A DNA stretch of 64,000 nucleotides from NCBI RefSeq assembly GCF_009914755.1, contig NC_060935.1, one strand, 5' to 3'. This stretch comes from the human T2T-CHM13v2.0 reference genome, Homo sapiens. The translations under genes were made by a program, and so were the position numbers. Below the pieces are notes generated by a model, which searched no databases, was not told where the DNA came from, and saw only the letters and a program-made list of their open reading frames with translations. Shown one piece after another: positions 42,513 to 58,227 of the stretch (the first letter of the stretch is position 1; the number at the start of each line of letters is the position of its first letter).

Positions 42513-43878
42513 CACGAAGACACACTGACTTAGTGCGGTGCCATGGCATCTCGTACACTGTACTCTCGCCATTGCACAGACAGGGAAGCGGCCTACAGAT
42601 ATGGCGCCTGTCCAAGGTAGGACTCGAATCCCGGCAGGATGCCTGCAGGGTACACTGTACTTCCCAGAACCACAACAGGCTGCAAGAAACAGAGACTCCT
42701 GCTCCCCCAAGACAGGAGGAACGCAGATTGCTTTTGAACTTTTATTCCAGCCCCGCAAGAGTGGGTTTCAGGAATGGCACCTTCCCTGCTCACCTGAGGA
42801 TGGTGATGTTGTTGGCACAGAAGGCGAGGTCTCAGGGGGACAGGCGCATCACGACGCACAGCCTTCCCATCCTGGACCACAGCATTGCACGGCCCAAGAG
42901 CTCGTGGCCACGACGGGCTCCGGAGGCCCACATCCTTCATTTGCACCATTCTGGTACTGACAGTGGTTCCTCCCCTGTGGAGTAGACAGCGTGTCCCCGA
43001 GAAGGTGGGGGGCCCTGGGCCACGTCTCACAGGCAGAACCTTCATCTCACACCATCATGAACCAGCCAGGTGCGTGACCTCATGCTTGGTGTCATCGAAT
43101 CTGCTAATTTACATGAAATGGAGCAACAGGATGGCCCATGGAAGATTTTAGCCCAGTTCAGAGATAACCAAGAGATTGGTTTTCTTCTCAAAGGGGGATG
43201 ATTGCTCTTTCCTTGGAAATGTTACTTATTCATGATGGGTTAGATGTCGGGGATGCAATGAGCCCAGAGACCATCTGCCGGGTCACTCTCAGCTCTTCCC
43301 TGGCCTCCCCACAGGATGGGCGGCCTCCCCTTACAGCGCATTCCCACACACCTCAGCACCAGCCGGGCGACCCCATCCACCCTCTGCCCAGCTGTTGCTG
43401 AATAAAGGGACGTGGGAACCTGAACACAGAGGAGCATGAATGCAGGTGAGAACGAGGCCTGTGCTGGATCCAGGGGAGTAGAAACACAGGGCTGCACACC
43501 CTAGGCCCTACTCTGATTTATTAAATTAGGTCTTGCTCAGTCTCCAGGTCCAGCTCACCCCTGGCAAGGTGGCCAAGGGCATGGATGCATCCCCAGTCCA
43601 ACCCTGCCCTGTGCTGGGCGTGGGGCATCATATTTCTCAAGAAAATCATTTCCAGCCAGTGAGCTCACTGGGCTACCTTAGCATCTACATGAAACACAGA
43701 TCAAAGTCCCTCATAGGAGCATGAAGTGTCCCTGAAAAGGCCCAGCTGTGGGACAGGACAATGGTGGCTGCCTCTGAGGACAGCCAGAAGAGGCTGCAGC
43801 TGGCACTACATCCCTTCCCTTCCTTCTGCCCAGAAAGTGGCGCTTGCAGGCCACCCCATAAGGCAAAGCCCAGTCTTG

Positions 43879-44016
43879 GGTGATGGTATGAATGTAAGAC
43901 AGGCATGGATGAGGCTGGGCCCCAGGTGGCATCTCCCAGGCCTGGGCGGTGATGGCATGAATGTAAGACAGGCATGGATGGAGCTGGGCCCCAGGTGGTG
44001 TCTCCCGGGCCTGGGC
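43879..44016. repeat. Tandem duplication, 2 x 69 bp
   Basis: ggtgatggYatgaatgtaagacaggcatggatg..gctgggccccaggtgg..tctcccRggcctgggc occurs twice. Confidence 0.95.
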
Positions 44017-44070
44017 CGGATCCCAGGACCCCCGGTGTCCCCGGGACCTGTCCTGTGCAGGTCAGCCTGC

Positions 44071-44532
44071 TGTGGTCAGCAAAGCCACGGCTGCAAGATG
44101 TCTACGCCCTAATCCCTGGGACCTGTGTGACCATAAGCTGCAAAAGGGACTTTGCAGATGTGATGAAGACCTGGAGATGGCCCTGATGTTCAGCGTCATC
44201 ACAAGCGTCCTGATAAGTGGAGGAGGAGCCGGGAGGAGCAGAGCTGGAGAGGTGAGGATGGAAGCAGAAGTTGGAGGGATACGCTGTTGGCTGGAGATGG
44301 AGGACCACAAGCCAAGGAACACAGGCGGCCTCTAGAAGGTGGAAAAGGCAAGGAAACAGGCTCTCCTGGAGCCTCCAGCAGAAACCAGCCCTGACCACAC
44401 CTTGACTTTAGGCCAGTGAGCCCTGCATTGGACTTCTGGCTTTCACAACGCTAAGATAATAAACACGTGTTGCTGGAAGCCACCAGGTTCGTGGTGACTT
44501 GCTGCCAATGCCTCAGCCACGGGAAGTGCACA
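44071..44532 (+). mobile_element. MLT1D solo LTR
   Basis: aagatgtctacgccctaatccctgggacctgtg...gcaaaagggactttgcagatgtgat...caagccaaggaacacaggcggcctctagaag...ggcaaggaaacagg. Confidence 0.9.
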
Positions 44533-45805
44533 GCTGACTTCTACAAGGCTGAGAACATCAGAAAGCCGTGGACATCCACCAGGCTGCTGCGAAGGGACAC
44601 TTTGCAGACCAGCCCCTCCCTTTTGGTCATTAATAAACAGGGGCGTGGGGCGGCTGGGCTGAGGCACAGCACAGCCTTACTGGCTACATTTTGCAACTGA
44701 AGACCCTGTAATGAGCCACAAGGTGAGAGCTCAGCCCTGTACCCCAAATGGCCCCAGTGTCCAGGGGGCCACCAGCAGGGTGTCTCTGAACATCCCTTTG
44801 TCACTGCAGACCGTGCCAGCCTCCAGAATGCTCAATCGCGTCCCTTACCCTCCTGCAGGATGAAATTGGACCGCCAATGAGCGGCGTGGGCCTGCAGCCT
44901 GGGCTGCTGGGGACCCGGCCTTGTCTGGGCAGTCTGGGTCTGCTCGGTGTTGCCAGAAGAAATTGTGGGCACCTGGTGGCACCCACGGGGGCTCAAGATG
45001 AAGGAGGAGGGAGTGGTGTTTTGCCAGGACCAAGGACAGCGCCGTGGCACTGGCTCAGCGGTTACAGGAGCCACTTCCTCCCACTCTTCAGGCCTGAGGC
45101 CGCTTCCCCGCTGCTGGCTGCCCAGCCAGAGCCAGGGCTGGGGCAGGCAGGAACAGCGAGGCCAGCAGGCCACGGGCCACATCTTCATGCCACCCTGAGA
45201 CCACAAAGCCTGTGCTGCTCTCAAAGTCTGGAGCCAGTTTGGCTGGGGGGACCCTGGGGGGCTCACCTCCTGTTCCCTCTGTGGGTCCCAGGATGCTGCA
45301 GCACACACGTGTGGGTATACACCCCACACTCCTCTGTCACTCTGCCCTGACCTGGAGCCCACCAGGTCCAGGGGCTCTCAAAGTTCTGGCTCTTCCCCGT
45401 CATCAGCACCTAAGTGTTCGTCACTGCGAGGCCTTCTGAGGAGCCACCAGGGAGGGGGGACGCCAGATCTAGGGGCAAGAGGCACCTGGACCAAGAATAG
45501 ATTAAGGTTCAGGGCACTCCCTTCTCCAGAAATCACCATGAGGATCTCCATCAGGGACGACGGCAAAAGTAAGTCTAGCATTTGAAGGGCAAGGGAAGAA
45601 AAGCTCTTGTAGTCACTGAAATAAAACCACAAACCTGACTGGCTGTTCCAGTACCTTAGGAAAGGCCTCTGCCTTCCTCAAAGATGGCATCTTCCTATCT
45701 GAATGGTATATTTTGTGTTACATTAAGGTTGTTGGTGCTTCAGTTTTTGTTACTGTTTTTTTTTTACTTCTCACCAACACCATAACTCACTGTACTTTAA
45801 AGCTA

Positions 45806-46113
<308 letters not shown>

Positions 46114-46169
46114 AAGCTAGCTAGCTGAAGGCAAAGACTGAAGTTGGGGCCTGGTGCACACAGCAGCAT

Positions 46170-46310
46170 TCCATGAGTATAGAGAGTCCAGCCCTGGAAC
46201 TGGAGGAACTCACCCCAAGCCTCACTCTGCCAGCTCTGAGCTGTGTGAGCAGTATGGCTCCTGGGAAGCCACTTAATCTCTTTGGACTATGATTTAATGT
46301 CCTGTAGAGC
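46170..46310 (+). mobile_element. MIR-like fragment
   Basis: ctctgccagctctgagctgtgtga...ctgggaagccacttaatctct. Confidence 0.55.
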
Positions 46311-47149
46311 AAAGCTCCTGATCTCCTCTCTTGGGCACACGAGGGTTGGGGCCGTAAATGTTTGCCAGCTCTGCCCCGAGCCTCATGCCCACAGAGGCCA
46401 TCCTGCCTCCCCTAGGAGCTGCTGGTCAATGGGAGGGGACAGATCCCGGGCCAGGTCCAGTCTCCTTTCCCTGCCGAAGAGCTGAGGCCAGAGGAGGGGT
46501 TGGCCTGGGGAGACAGCAGACAGACCCAGGGCGGAGAGTCCAAGGTGCCATCAGTCAGAGAAGGCCTTGCAAAGAAAGCAGAGAGGGGCTCCACCCCAGG
46601 GGGCCAATGCCGCCATCCTCATGATGAGAAGGGGCCTGGCATTGGCACCAGCTGAAAGGACCACCTAACTGTCCCCACACATCCGGGGCCTCCAAGCCGC
46701 TAACTCTACTACTGCTGACTGAATGCCGTGGAGGCCGCCAGCCCCGGCCGGATCCAATTAGCTCATGCACACGTCTGCAAGTGACGGGAGGGCTGGGTTG
46801 AGATGCTCTCTGCTAGGCCTGCTCGGCAGATGGGACCCACTCAGCTTCCCTGTGGAGTCCCTGAGCCAGTGTGTCCCTCTGAGCTCCCTATAGAGGCGGC
46901 AGGCAGCAGATATAAGCTCAGGTCCATATCTGACCAGTGCGTGCAGGCTAGGCAGCGGGAGGATACGCAAACCTCTCCCCTCGTTCACTGAGGGTGGCCC
47001 TGGAGCGATGGGCCTTCACAGGTCCTGGTGGGCACCCAGTCGGGTGTGGGGATGCAGGGTCTCACTTCCGATGCTGTCGGGGTCCCTGAAGGGGCCTTAT
47101 CCCAGAGATGACAGCCGAAAACACAGCGTGTCACAGGCAGCATCTGTGT

Positions 47150-47330
47150 GTGCTATGGTGGTGTTCTAGAAGCTGGCGGAGCTTCAGAACCACCTGGGGG
47201 GCTTTAGACAAATGTAGACCCTGGGCCCTCTCCCTGGTGATCTGAGTCAGTCAGTCTGGGCTGGGGATGGGGGTGGGGTGTGCGTGTCTGATGAGCAGGA
47301 CCCTCAGGTGTTGGTGAGGTCTGAGAAGCC
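47150..47330. mobile_element. MER5A-like hAT-Charlie fragment
   Basis: cagaaccacctggggggcttt...aaatgtagaccctgggccc...tctgagtcagtcagtctgggctgggg. Confidence 0.55.
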
Positions 47331-48713
47331 CCAGGAATCACTGGCAGGGTCTGCTGTGCAGCTCACTCTCCTGAGGCTTGCAGCAGGCTCGTGGGGCCAG
47401 GGTGCTGCCCTGTGGCTGGGGGTGCAGCTCAGCACTCTGACAGCCACATGGAGCGGGGGACAGAGGGAAGATTGGGGGAGAATCTGCATGGTGCCTGGCC
47501 CTGGGGCAGGGGCACTGGGCTGTGGCTGAGAACATGTAAGGGAGTTATGGAGGCCAGAGCGGGGATGCCTTCATCTATCTACGGGCTCAGGTATGGCTCC
47601 AAAGATGGGGGATTCCCAGGCTGACTCCAGAAGGCCTAGCAGCATGTCCCCAACTGATGCAAGAGGTGGGAGGAGGCCTTGCTGGCAGAGGGAGCATGTG
47701 GCGAGAAGGTGACCTGGAGGGCAAGGGTACAGGGCCAGGATAGAGCCAGAAGATCCAGCCGCAGAACAGGGGCCAGCGTGTGGCAGCAGCATCCACAGTG
47801 CCCTGATCTTCGGGGCTGTGGCACAGGCAGAGGGAGTCCAGTCCTGCCCTGTGCCTACAGCACAGCAAGTGCTCGGTGAATACTGGCAGGTGCGATTTTC
47901 ATGAGCTCTGATTCTTGCAAGGGGCTGGCTGACTTCTGGCTCCAAGGAGGGCAGTGCCAGGAAAGCGCAGCTAAATGCCAGCTGCCCAGATGGCACGGAA
48001 AACATGCACTCCGGGTCATCGAATCCCAAATTCACTGGGGTTGAGCCCCCTCCATCTTGAGTGGCTCAGGATAAAATCTGGAGCCTGTCCACTCCACGCT
48101 CACTGTCAGGAGCCTCCTAATGAACCATCGAGGCTGTGTGTCCCTTCTGCAGTCTTTTGTCCACCCAGTGGCCAGAACGATCCTCCGCAACCCAACAAGA
48201 TCTCACCATCACCCCACGGTATAACGTCTGCGGGCTGCCCGCTCCTCACAGGTAAAAGCCAGCATGGCCCAGTGGCCCACAGGTTCCCACGGCCTGGCCC
48301 AGCCATGCCTCCCCTCTCTCCCTTGCCACTCTCTGCAGCTTGCTCAGCCCAGCTGCACAGCCCTCCTGCTTCCCTCTAACCTCTGGGCATGGCCTGACCA
48401 CCGTGCATGACTCTGCAGCCACCGCGAGCATGCTCCTCAAGGTCTCATCCCCGGCCGACCCCCAGAGCCATTCAATTATCGGCCGTGATGGCTGCCTGTG
48501 ACTCGGGTCTACCTGCCAGCGCTTTGGCTCCACTCTGCCCTTGGTTGGCCCCTGATGTGTCCCCAGCTCTGAGAGTGGGGCCTGGATCAAGGGCACACTT
48601 GCGGGTCTGGTGAGTCCGAAGGTAGGAGGTAGTTACTAAGCCAGGCATCCTGGCGCTCGAATCACATGCAGGGCTGAGTCTGTGTTCCGATCCCGTGTGA
48701 CAGGCCTATCATC

Positions 48714-49231
48714 TGTGTCTTTTATTTTCTCTTTCTGATGCTCTGGCATCCAGGGTTTTGCTGACCCTGGAGGGATGGCCCCTCAAGAATCAGGCAATTC
48801 CTAGAGAAAGTAAACAGCTCACCTGAGAGCTGGATTTTCAAATGCTAACCAACTAAAACAGAGGCCACCCCACCCCTCCTCTATCCGGGTCCCATGCTCC
48901 CAGCCACTAACCCTGCCCCCATCACCCCAGGGCTGGGTACCGGACAGCCAGGGACAGGCCCTAGGCCCCAGAGCTCTGAAATGATTCCAGCTGCCAACGC
49001 TAAACCCACTTACACTGCCTACTTAGTCTGCTCCTTCCTGCAGAAATCATGGTAAAGCTCCTGTCCACATTTCCCCCCTCTCCCTCTGCCTCCTAATGGA
49101 CCTTGTGCTTCCCTGAATGGCCCCCAAGGCATGGCCTCCCCTACCTCCTGGGAAGAGTGAGTTAGCAGCTGTCCCCCTGATCCGTTGGTCTCGCCATACC
49201 TGAATAATAATAAAACCTACATTTTAAAACA
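48714..49231 (+). mobile_element. MER74 (MER74A-like, ERVL) LTR
   Basis: ttgctgaccctggaggga...caattcctagaga...atcaccccagggctgggtaccggacagccagggacag...ccatacctgaataataataaaacctacattttaaaaca. Confidence 0.85.
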
Positions 49232-49951
49232 CTGCGGTACACAGGACCTGCCTGACAAAGGATCCAGGAAAGCAAGTCCCTGAAGGCAATTGTTTTGTGT
49301 CATTCCACTACATGTTCTGAAAAGAGTGGCAGTGCTGGCACGGTCTGGTGCATGCTGGTGCCTGAGATCGTCAGCGGAGACGCAGAGGCCTAAGGGCTGG
49401 AGGACAAGCCCCTGAGCTCCGTGGCTACCACCCCAGGGGCTTGGATGCACTGGATTTTGTGTGTGGGGGCATGGTGAATACCGCCTCGCAGCCCCTCTGA
49501 GCTGGCACAGCTCAGGCCACAGCACGCCCACTCTGGCTCAAGGGAAATGGTGCCAGGCTCTGGGCCCTGGGAGACCGCCTGACTCGAGGGTGGGCTCCTG
49601 ATCACAGGTGGTCCATCCACTGGCTGGCAGGGGCTAAAGCCAAGAGCTGATGCAAAGGGCACTGCCAATGGGGCAGGGATGACCAGTAGAGCCAGCTGGA
49701 CGGGCTGATTTTTGAAGCAGAGAATTTGGGACCAGTGACAATAGAACAGACTGGCAGAGTGGGGCAGGGACAGCATGAGGGAGGAATGGGGAAGCAGCCA
49801 GTCGGTAAAGCTGCCCCAGGTCCTCACAGCTCTAAGTCCCAGGCCACACTGCCCTGCAATACTCTCCAATTTCACCTGGCATTTAACACAAATTGACCAG
49901 AATCATTCCCTGTTCTTTGTTCCTAATAAGGACAGGCTTGCTTTTATCCAG

Positions 49952-50359
49952 ACATCCATTCATCCATCCACCCGCCCACCCACTCATTCATTCATCCATG
50001 TATTCACCCATCCATCCATCTCTCTTTTCATGTATCCATCTACCCATCTATCCCTCCATCCATTCATCCACCCACCCCACTACCCACTCATCTATCCATT
50101 TGCCTACCCATTCACCCACTCATTCGTCCATCCAACTAGCCATCCATCCATCCATCCATCCATGCATTCACCCATCCTCTATCCATCCATCCACTTAACT
50201 ACCCAACCACTCATCTATCCATTTGCTCACCCACCCACCCACCCACCCATGCATTTGTCCATCCAATTAGCCATCCATCCATCCATGCATCCACCCATCC
50301 TCCCCCCATCCATCCATCCACCCATCCTTCATCCATTCCTCCATCCATCCATCCATCCA
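49952..50359. repeat. Degenerate (TCCA)n/(CCCA)n simple repeat grown from an L2 tail
   Basis: About 400 bp of CCAT/CCAC units; explains the H/P/S/I-rich ORF 49775..50371. Confidence 0.95.
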
Positions 50360-50720
50360 ACAGCTATTTGAACTGTTTAATGACAACCTCCCATAGGGAG
50401 ACAGCTGGGAAAAAGACCGATTCAACCCTGACCTTGTGGAGTTTGCAACCTGCAAGTGACAACTGAACAAGTAGCCACGAGTGTGGTGAAGTTTCTTGGA
50501 GAATCGCACAGGTGCCTGCCCTGGGTTGTGTAACATGGTGGAGGCTATTCTAATTAGGGGGAAGGTCAGGGAAGGCTTCTCTAGGATGTAACTGTCAGGA
50601 CTGAATGTCGCCCAGGAGTCAGCAAGGGAGAGAGGAGTGCTTGAGGAAAGAGAGCTGTGAGGTGGGCAGTGGGGGCAGATCAGGAAGATGGGAATGGGGT
50701 GCCTCCTCAGGGACCCTCTG
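50360..50720 (-). mobile_element. L2 fragment
   Basis: ccctgaccttgtggagttt...ggaaggtcagggaaggcttctctaggatgtaac. Confidence 0.6.
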
Positions 50721-51033
50721 GAAGAATCTTTAAAAGCTGGGCACAAGGATCACTTGCGCCTTAGAAGGCTTGCTGGGGGCAGGAGGGGCAGGTGCGAATG
50801 AGGGAGGTTCTGGGGCCGGGGTCACCTATTGGCTTCTCTTAAGGCGTGGCCGGGGCTAGTGGCAAGGAGGGCCCCAAGGTGCTGCATAGCTTGTCACTCA
50901 GAGCTGGGCAGCCTGGACACACTACTCTTCACAGAGACCTCGGAAGCTAACTCCGAGGCGGCCCCTGCATGGCTGGCCAAGGGGCACATGCTGGGACGCA
51001 GACTCTCAGTACAGATCGCCAGCCTCTGGCACC

Positions 51034-51047
51034 GTTGCTGTGGAAAC
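51034..51047. promoter_or_regulatory. Candidate RFX X-box
   Basis: GTTGCTGTGGAAAC versus palindromic consensus GTTGCCATGGCAAC; motif only. Confidence 0.3.
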
Positions 51048-52099
51048 CAACTGGCAATGAGAAATTTAGCAATTTGAAAAAAGCATTTCCTTCCCTTATT
51101 TATATCTCTTGACCCTTATCCTAGGGGAATGGCGAGGGAAGCACGGCTCGCAGCTGGAGCCGGGAGTGGGCAGGTGTCTCGAGGGTACCGCTCCCCGGAA
51201 CGGGGAAGGACACCAGTACCTCACCCCCCCAGAGTGGGCAGAGCCTAGAGACGCCATCCCAGAATACGTCACTCCTGGGAAAGATGAAAATAATGCAGAA
51301 AAGGCAAAGTCTCCCTCTTCCCTCCCCCACCTCACTCCTCTCCCAGAGACGACCTCAAACGTCACTCCGAAGATTGTTATTCGAGGTCATTCTCCATGCA
51401 CCGCTGGGCACATGCAGGAATACAGACACATGCCAGTGCTCTTGTTGAACAAAATGGGGTCACACTCTAGCCCATGGCTCCTCTGCAGCCCACTCCCTTT
51501 GCTGAGGGCCTGTGTTGCTCTCCCGACCACAACACTAGGGTTGTTGCGTCACTTCCACTGCCGTACAGAGTTCCACGGCGAGCTGGGCCGGGCTTTATGA
51601 AAGCAGTTCTCTCAGATGTCCAGGGATGCCACGCCACATGAATCACCAAGAAATGAAGCAATGCACTTGCCAGTCCCTCCTCTAAATGCTTTCTCTAAAG
51701 GCAGCCTGGCCAACAGGACCCCTAACTAGACAGGCCCTAATGGGGCAGAGGGGAGAAGCGGGGAGAGCGATCTGGAGAAAGGAGCCTGTCGCGGCACCAC
51801 GGGTACATCTGTAAACATGAGAGTCAGGGAAAAACGAAATTGGTCTGGGGCATTCTACGCAGCCATCAAAGGCATGGATGACAGTGCTTACCGACAGGAA
51901 AAAATATTCCCCACATGTTCAGAAAAAAAGGGTAGGTTACAAAATGGTATGGAACAGCGAGTCCGACATTCAGAGAAAAGGTGTAAAAAAGATGCAGAGG
52001 CATATCTTGTTTTATTACCCCTTGCTTTATTGTGCTTTGGGGATACTGCATTTGTTACAAACTGAAGGTTTATGGCAACCCATTGTTGAGCACGTCCAG

Positions 52100-52271
52100 T
52101 TTTTTTTTTTTTTTTTTTTTTTAAGAGATGGGGTCTTGCTCTGTCACCCAGGCTGGAGTACAGTGGCGAGATCACAGCTCACTGCAGCCTCAAACTCTTG
52201 GCCTCAAGTGAACCTCCCACCTTGGCCTCCCCAAGTGCTGGGATTCTGGGTGTGAGCCACTGTGCCTGGCC
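52100..52271 (-). mobile_element. Monomeric hybrid AluJ (left-arm head plus right-arm tail)
   Basis: Single monomer with right-arm ctggagtacagtggcgagatcacagctcactgcagcc and left-arm caagtgctgggatt...gtgagccac. Confidence 0.85.
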
Positions 52272-52659
52272 TGAGGCAAGTAAATCTGTTGGTGCCATTT
52301 TTCCAATAGCATGTGCTCACTTCATGTCTCTGTGTCACATTTTGACAATTCTTGTAACATTTCAAACTTTTTCAGTATTATGATATCTGTCATGGTGATC
52401 TGAGATGACTGATCTTTGATGCTTCTATTGTAATTGTTTTGGGGTGCCATGAACTGTACCCATATAAGACAGAGAAATTAACTGATAAATGTTGTGTGTT
52501 CTGACTGATCTATCAACTGGCTGGTCCATCGTCTCTTCCCATCTCCTTGGGCCTCCCTATTCCCTGAGACACAACAATATAGAAATTAGGCTGATTATAG
52601 CTCTTATTTCACATGCCAAGGGAATAAAAAAAGAAATAAGGCCAATTAATGATCACACA

Positions 52660-54230
<1,571 letters not shown>

Positions 54231-54274
54231 GATGTGGTGGAAACAGCAGAAGAACTAGAATTCGAAGTGGAGCT

Positions 54275-54590
54275 GGCCGGGCGCGGTGGCTCACGCCTGT
54301 AATCCCAGCACTTTGGGAGGCCGAGGCAGGAGGATCACGAGGTTAGGAGATCAAGACCATCCTGGCTAACACAGTGAAACCCCGTCTCTACTAAAAATAC
54401 AAAAAAAATTAGCCAGGCGCGGTGGCGGGCGCCTGTAGTTCCAGCTACTCGGGAGGCTGAGGCAGGAGAACGGCGTGAACCTGGGAGGTGGAGCTTGCAG
54501 TGAGCTGAGATCAGAGATTGCGTCACTGCACTCCAGCCTGGGCAACAGAGGGAGACTCTGTCTAAACAAACAAACAAACAAACAAAAACA
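54275..54590 (+). mobile_element. AluY with a (CAAA)n tail
   Basis: accatcctggctaacac, ggcgtgaacc, gagcttgcag; TSD gaagtggagct. Confidence 0.95.
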
Positions 54591-55462
54591 GAAGTGGAGC
54601 TGAAGATGGGACTTAAACGCTGCAATCTCATGAGAAACTTGAATGGATGAGGAGTTGCTTCTTAGGGACAAGCAAAGAAAGTGATTTCTCGAGATGGAAT
54701 CTACTCCTGGTAAAGATGCTGTGAACATTGTTAAAATGATAACAAAGGATTGAGAATATTCCATAAGCCTAGTTGATAAAGCAGCAGCAGGGTTTCAGAG
54801 AAAAGACTCCAATTCTGAGAATTTCTGCTGTGGGTAAAATGCTATCAAACAGCATTGCATGCTACAGAGACACCTTTCATGAAAGGAAAAGTCAATTGAT
54901 GTGGTAAACTTCATTGTTGTCTTATTTTCAGAAATTGCCACAGTCACCCCAGCCTTCGGCAACCACCGCTCTCATCAGTCAGCAGCCATCAACATTGAAG
55001 TGAGACTCTCCAACAGCAAAATTATGATGACTCGCCGAAGGCTCTGATGATTGCTAGCATTTCTCAGCAATAAGGTATTTTAAATTAAGATATGCACACT
55101 GCTTAGACATGATGCTATTGCACACTTAACAGACTACAGGATAAACATAACTTTTCTATGCACTGGGAAACCAAAAAAAAAAAAAAGTGTGCATCTCGCT
55201 TTAATGTGGTATTTGCTTTCCTGTGGTGGTCTGGGGCTGAACCCACAAATATCCCCAGGTCGGCCTGTGCAGAAAACAAGAGCTGAGAGTCATCCTGGAG
55301 TTAACGAGGCTCCTCTTGGGGCCAAGGCTTTCATGCCTGGCAGATTCATTGCTTATAATTAGTATCCCTCTCCCCAGTAGATGTTATCTTTTAAAAAAGG
55401 AAAAGACAAAGAAATGGAGGGAAAGGGAAGGTCTACAAATGGGTCAGAAAAAGGAAGGTAGA

Positions 55463-55907
<445 letters not shown>

Positions 55908-56098
55908 TCAACTTCTGGAGATACAACATTTGCTTTTCTTAAAAAAGAAAAAGTAAAAGAAAAAAAAAAGCAACATCATAGCTCCATTTTTGTCTTCTCC
56001 AAGGAAACATAACACATTTCAACAACTTAAAAAGGGACAGGAAGACCATGTGAAAACATCCTGAAATAGTGTTTTCTCTCAAGGGCAGACCTGAGCTA

Positions 56099-56497
<399 letters not shown>

Positions 56498-58227
56498 CTA
56501 CATTTAAACAGGGCATGCAGGAAGCCCAGTCCCTGTCAAGCCTCTAATACTCTCCTGTGGCTCAGGCTGTGAATTGATGTGTGCTGACCGCCGGCCTCCT
56601 CACTCTACCTGCTCCGTCTTCCCTCTGCACGCAGGGGACAGGGGAAAGACAGAGGCAGCTGTCGCTGGTCCCCCAGGGGACAGCCAGGGCAGGTGAGGAC
56701 TGGGTCCTGCCTGGGGAGGCTGGCACTGTCTTTGGGTCAGTCCGAGAGGAGATGCAGTCTGCTCCCACTCGGAGTGAGAGGCAGGACTTCTGCTGACTCG
56801 GGTGGAGCTTCCACGCAGGCTTTTGGGTGGGACGTGGCCACCAATCTGATGCAGCCAACACAGACTCAAGCAGCACACACCCAGCTCTGCATCCCAGCAC
56901 ACCCCCTCCAGCCACGGCCAGGGGAGTCTTTCTGAAGGCCGTGCGGCATCTCGGTGGCCCCCCTTCTGCCCAAGGCGGGTCTTGGGCAGCCTCTGTCCCT
57001 CTGTCTGCACCCCCCGTTGAGGGCAAATGTGTGCAGCCCTGGTCCTGGCCTGCTTCACCTCTTAGAACAAGGGCTGTGTGGTTAGGCCAACTCCCTCCTC
57101 CAGCCCCCTCCCATTTCGGCCCATCATCTAAGCAACAGTGGCTGCGTCTGCCCTTTTGCTATGGCCCAAGGCAGCTGCGGATTCCCACCCATGCTCCTTC
57201 AGCCCTGCAGCCATGTCCCTCTGCATGCACCTTCAGGGACCCGATGTCCAGCAGAGGGACACCCAGACATCCCCACCTCGCCTGGGGTAGCACTCAGGGT
57301 TTCCAGCCTCCTCGGCCCTGCCCCCAGGCCTGTCACCTACGTGATGCAACCCCAAGATGTCCAGCAAACCCTCGCCGAAAGGAGGGACTCACGAAGGGAG
57401 CCTGCAGCTATCGGAGGGGTGGGTCCCAGCCCTGGCCTCGCATGAAAAACTCCCCACGTCTGTCTGGCCCCATAGTTCGGGGAAGGCCTGTGGCTGCCCC
57501 TGCTGCCTGTCAAAGTCCTCCCAGCACCATTTCCAACATGAACGCACACTGTCCCAGCACGCGTAGGACTTTGGTGGCATTTTTGGCTAGGTGTAGCTCC
57601 TCTACTTATTATATTCTATAATTTCTCAGCAGTCTCCACGCAGTTCTGAGAACTCTTGCTGCGTTGAGAAAAATCTAACCTACAGCCTGTTTTTAAATGA
57701 ATGTTGCATTTAACAGTGAATGAAGGTAGGATATAGTAATTAAATATTTACTAATCTGAACATTCTTGCTGCCTTTTTTTATTCTGGGGCTGTGAAATGT
57801 TGTTTCTAGATCTGGATCCTGGAATGCTCAAGAGCTCTTACACCAAAGTGGTCCTGGAGGAGGCTGGTGCTGTTTCATCAGACTCAGCCTCAGTTTCCCC
57901 ACCTGGGCATGGTGGCTATCTCGCCTGCCTGCCCCACGGGACGTCTGAGCAGGTGTGTCAGAAAATACTAGAGTGGCAGGAAGGCACCTCCCACACCTAC
58001 AACACCCCCAGGGAGCTCTGTCCACAACCAACTCCTGTTGAGTGAATGAACGGAGTGAAGAGTGAGCTAAAGGGCATTCAGTGTCAGGAGGCCTGGGGCA
58101 GGGTTGGGCAGGTTACATTCCTGACTTTGTGGGCAAACGGAGTGTCCACCTTCTCGAGTGACAAGGACTCCAATCTGGATCCCTTTGGCCTCAGCTGGAG
58201 GGACCTATGCAACTGTTATCATTAGTT

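Noticed and set aside
49775-50371. 198-aa His/Pro/Ser/Ile-rich ORF
   Set aside because: It is a translation of the (TCCA)n simple repeat.
56827-57621. 264-aa ORF, the longest in the track
   Set aside because: Pro/Arg/Ser/Ala-rich composition expected from GC-rich non-coding DNA; non-ATG start; no domain or exon structure.
57622-57672. Nested imperfect inverted repeat around agttctgagaact
   Set aside because: Too short and imperfect to call a pre-miRNA or MITE.
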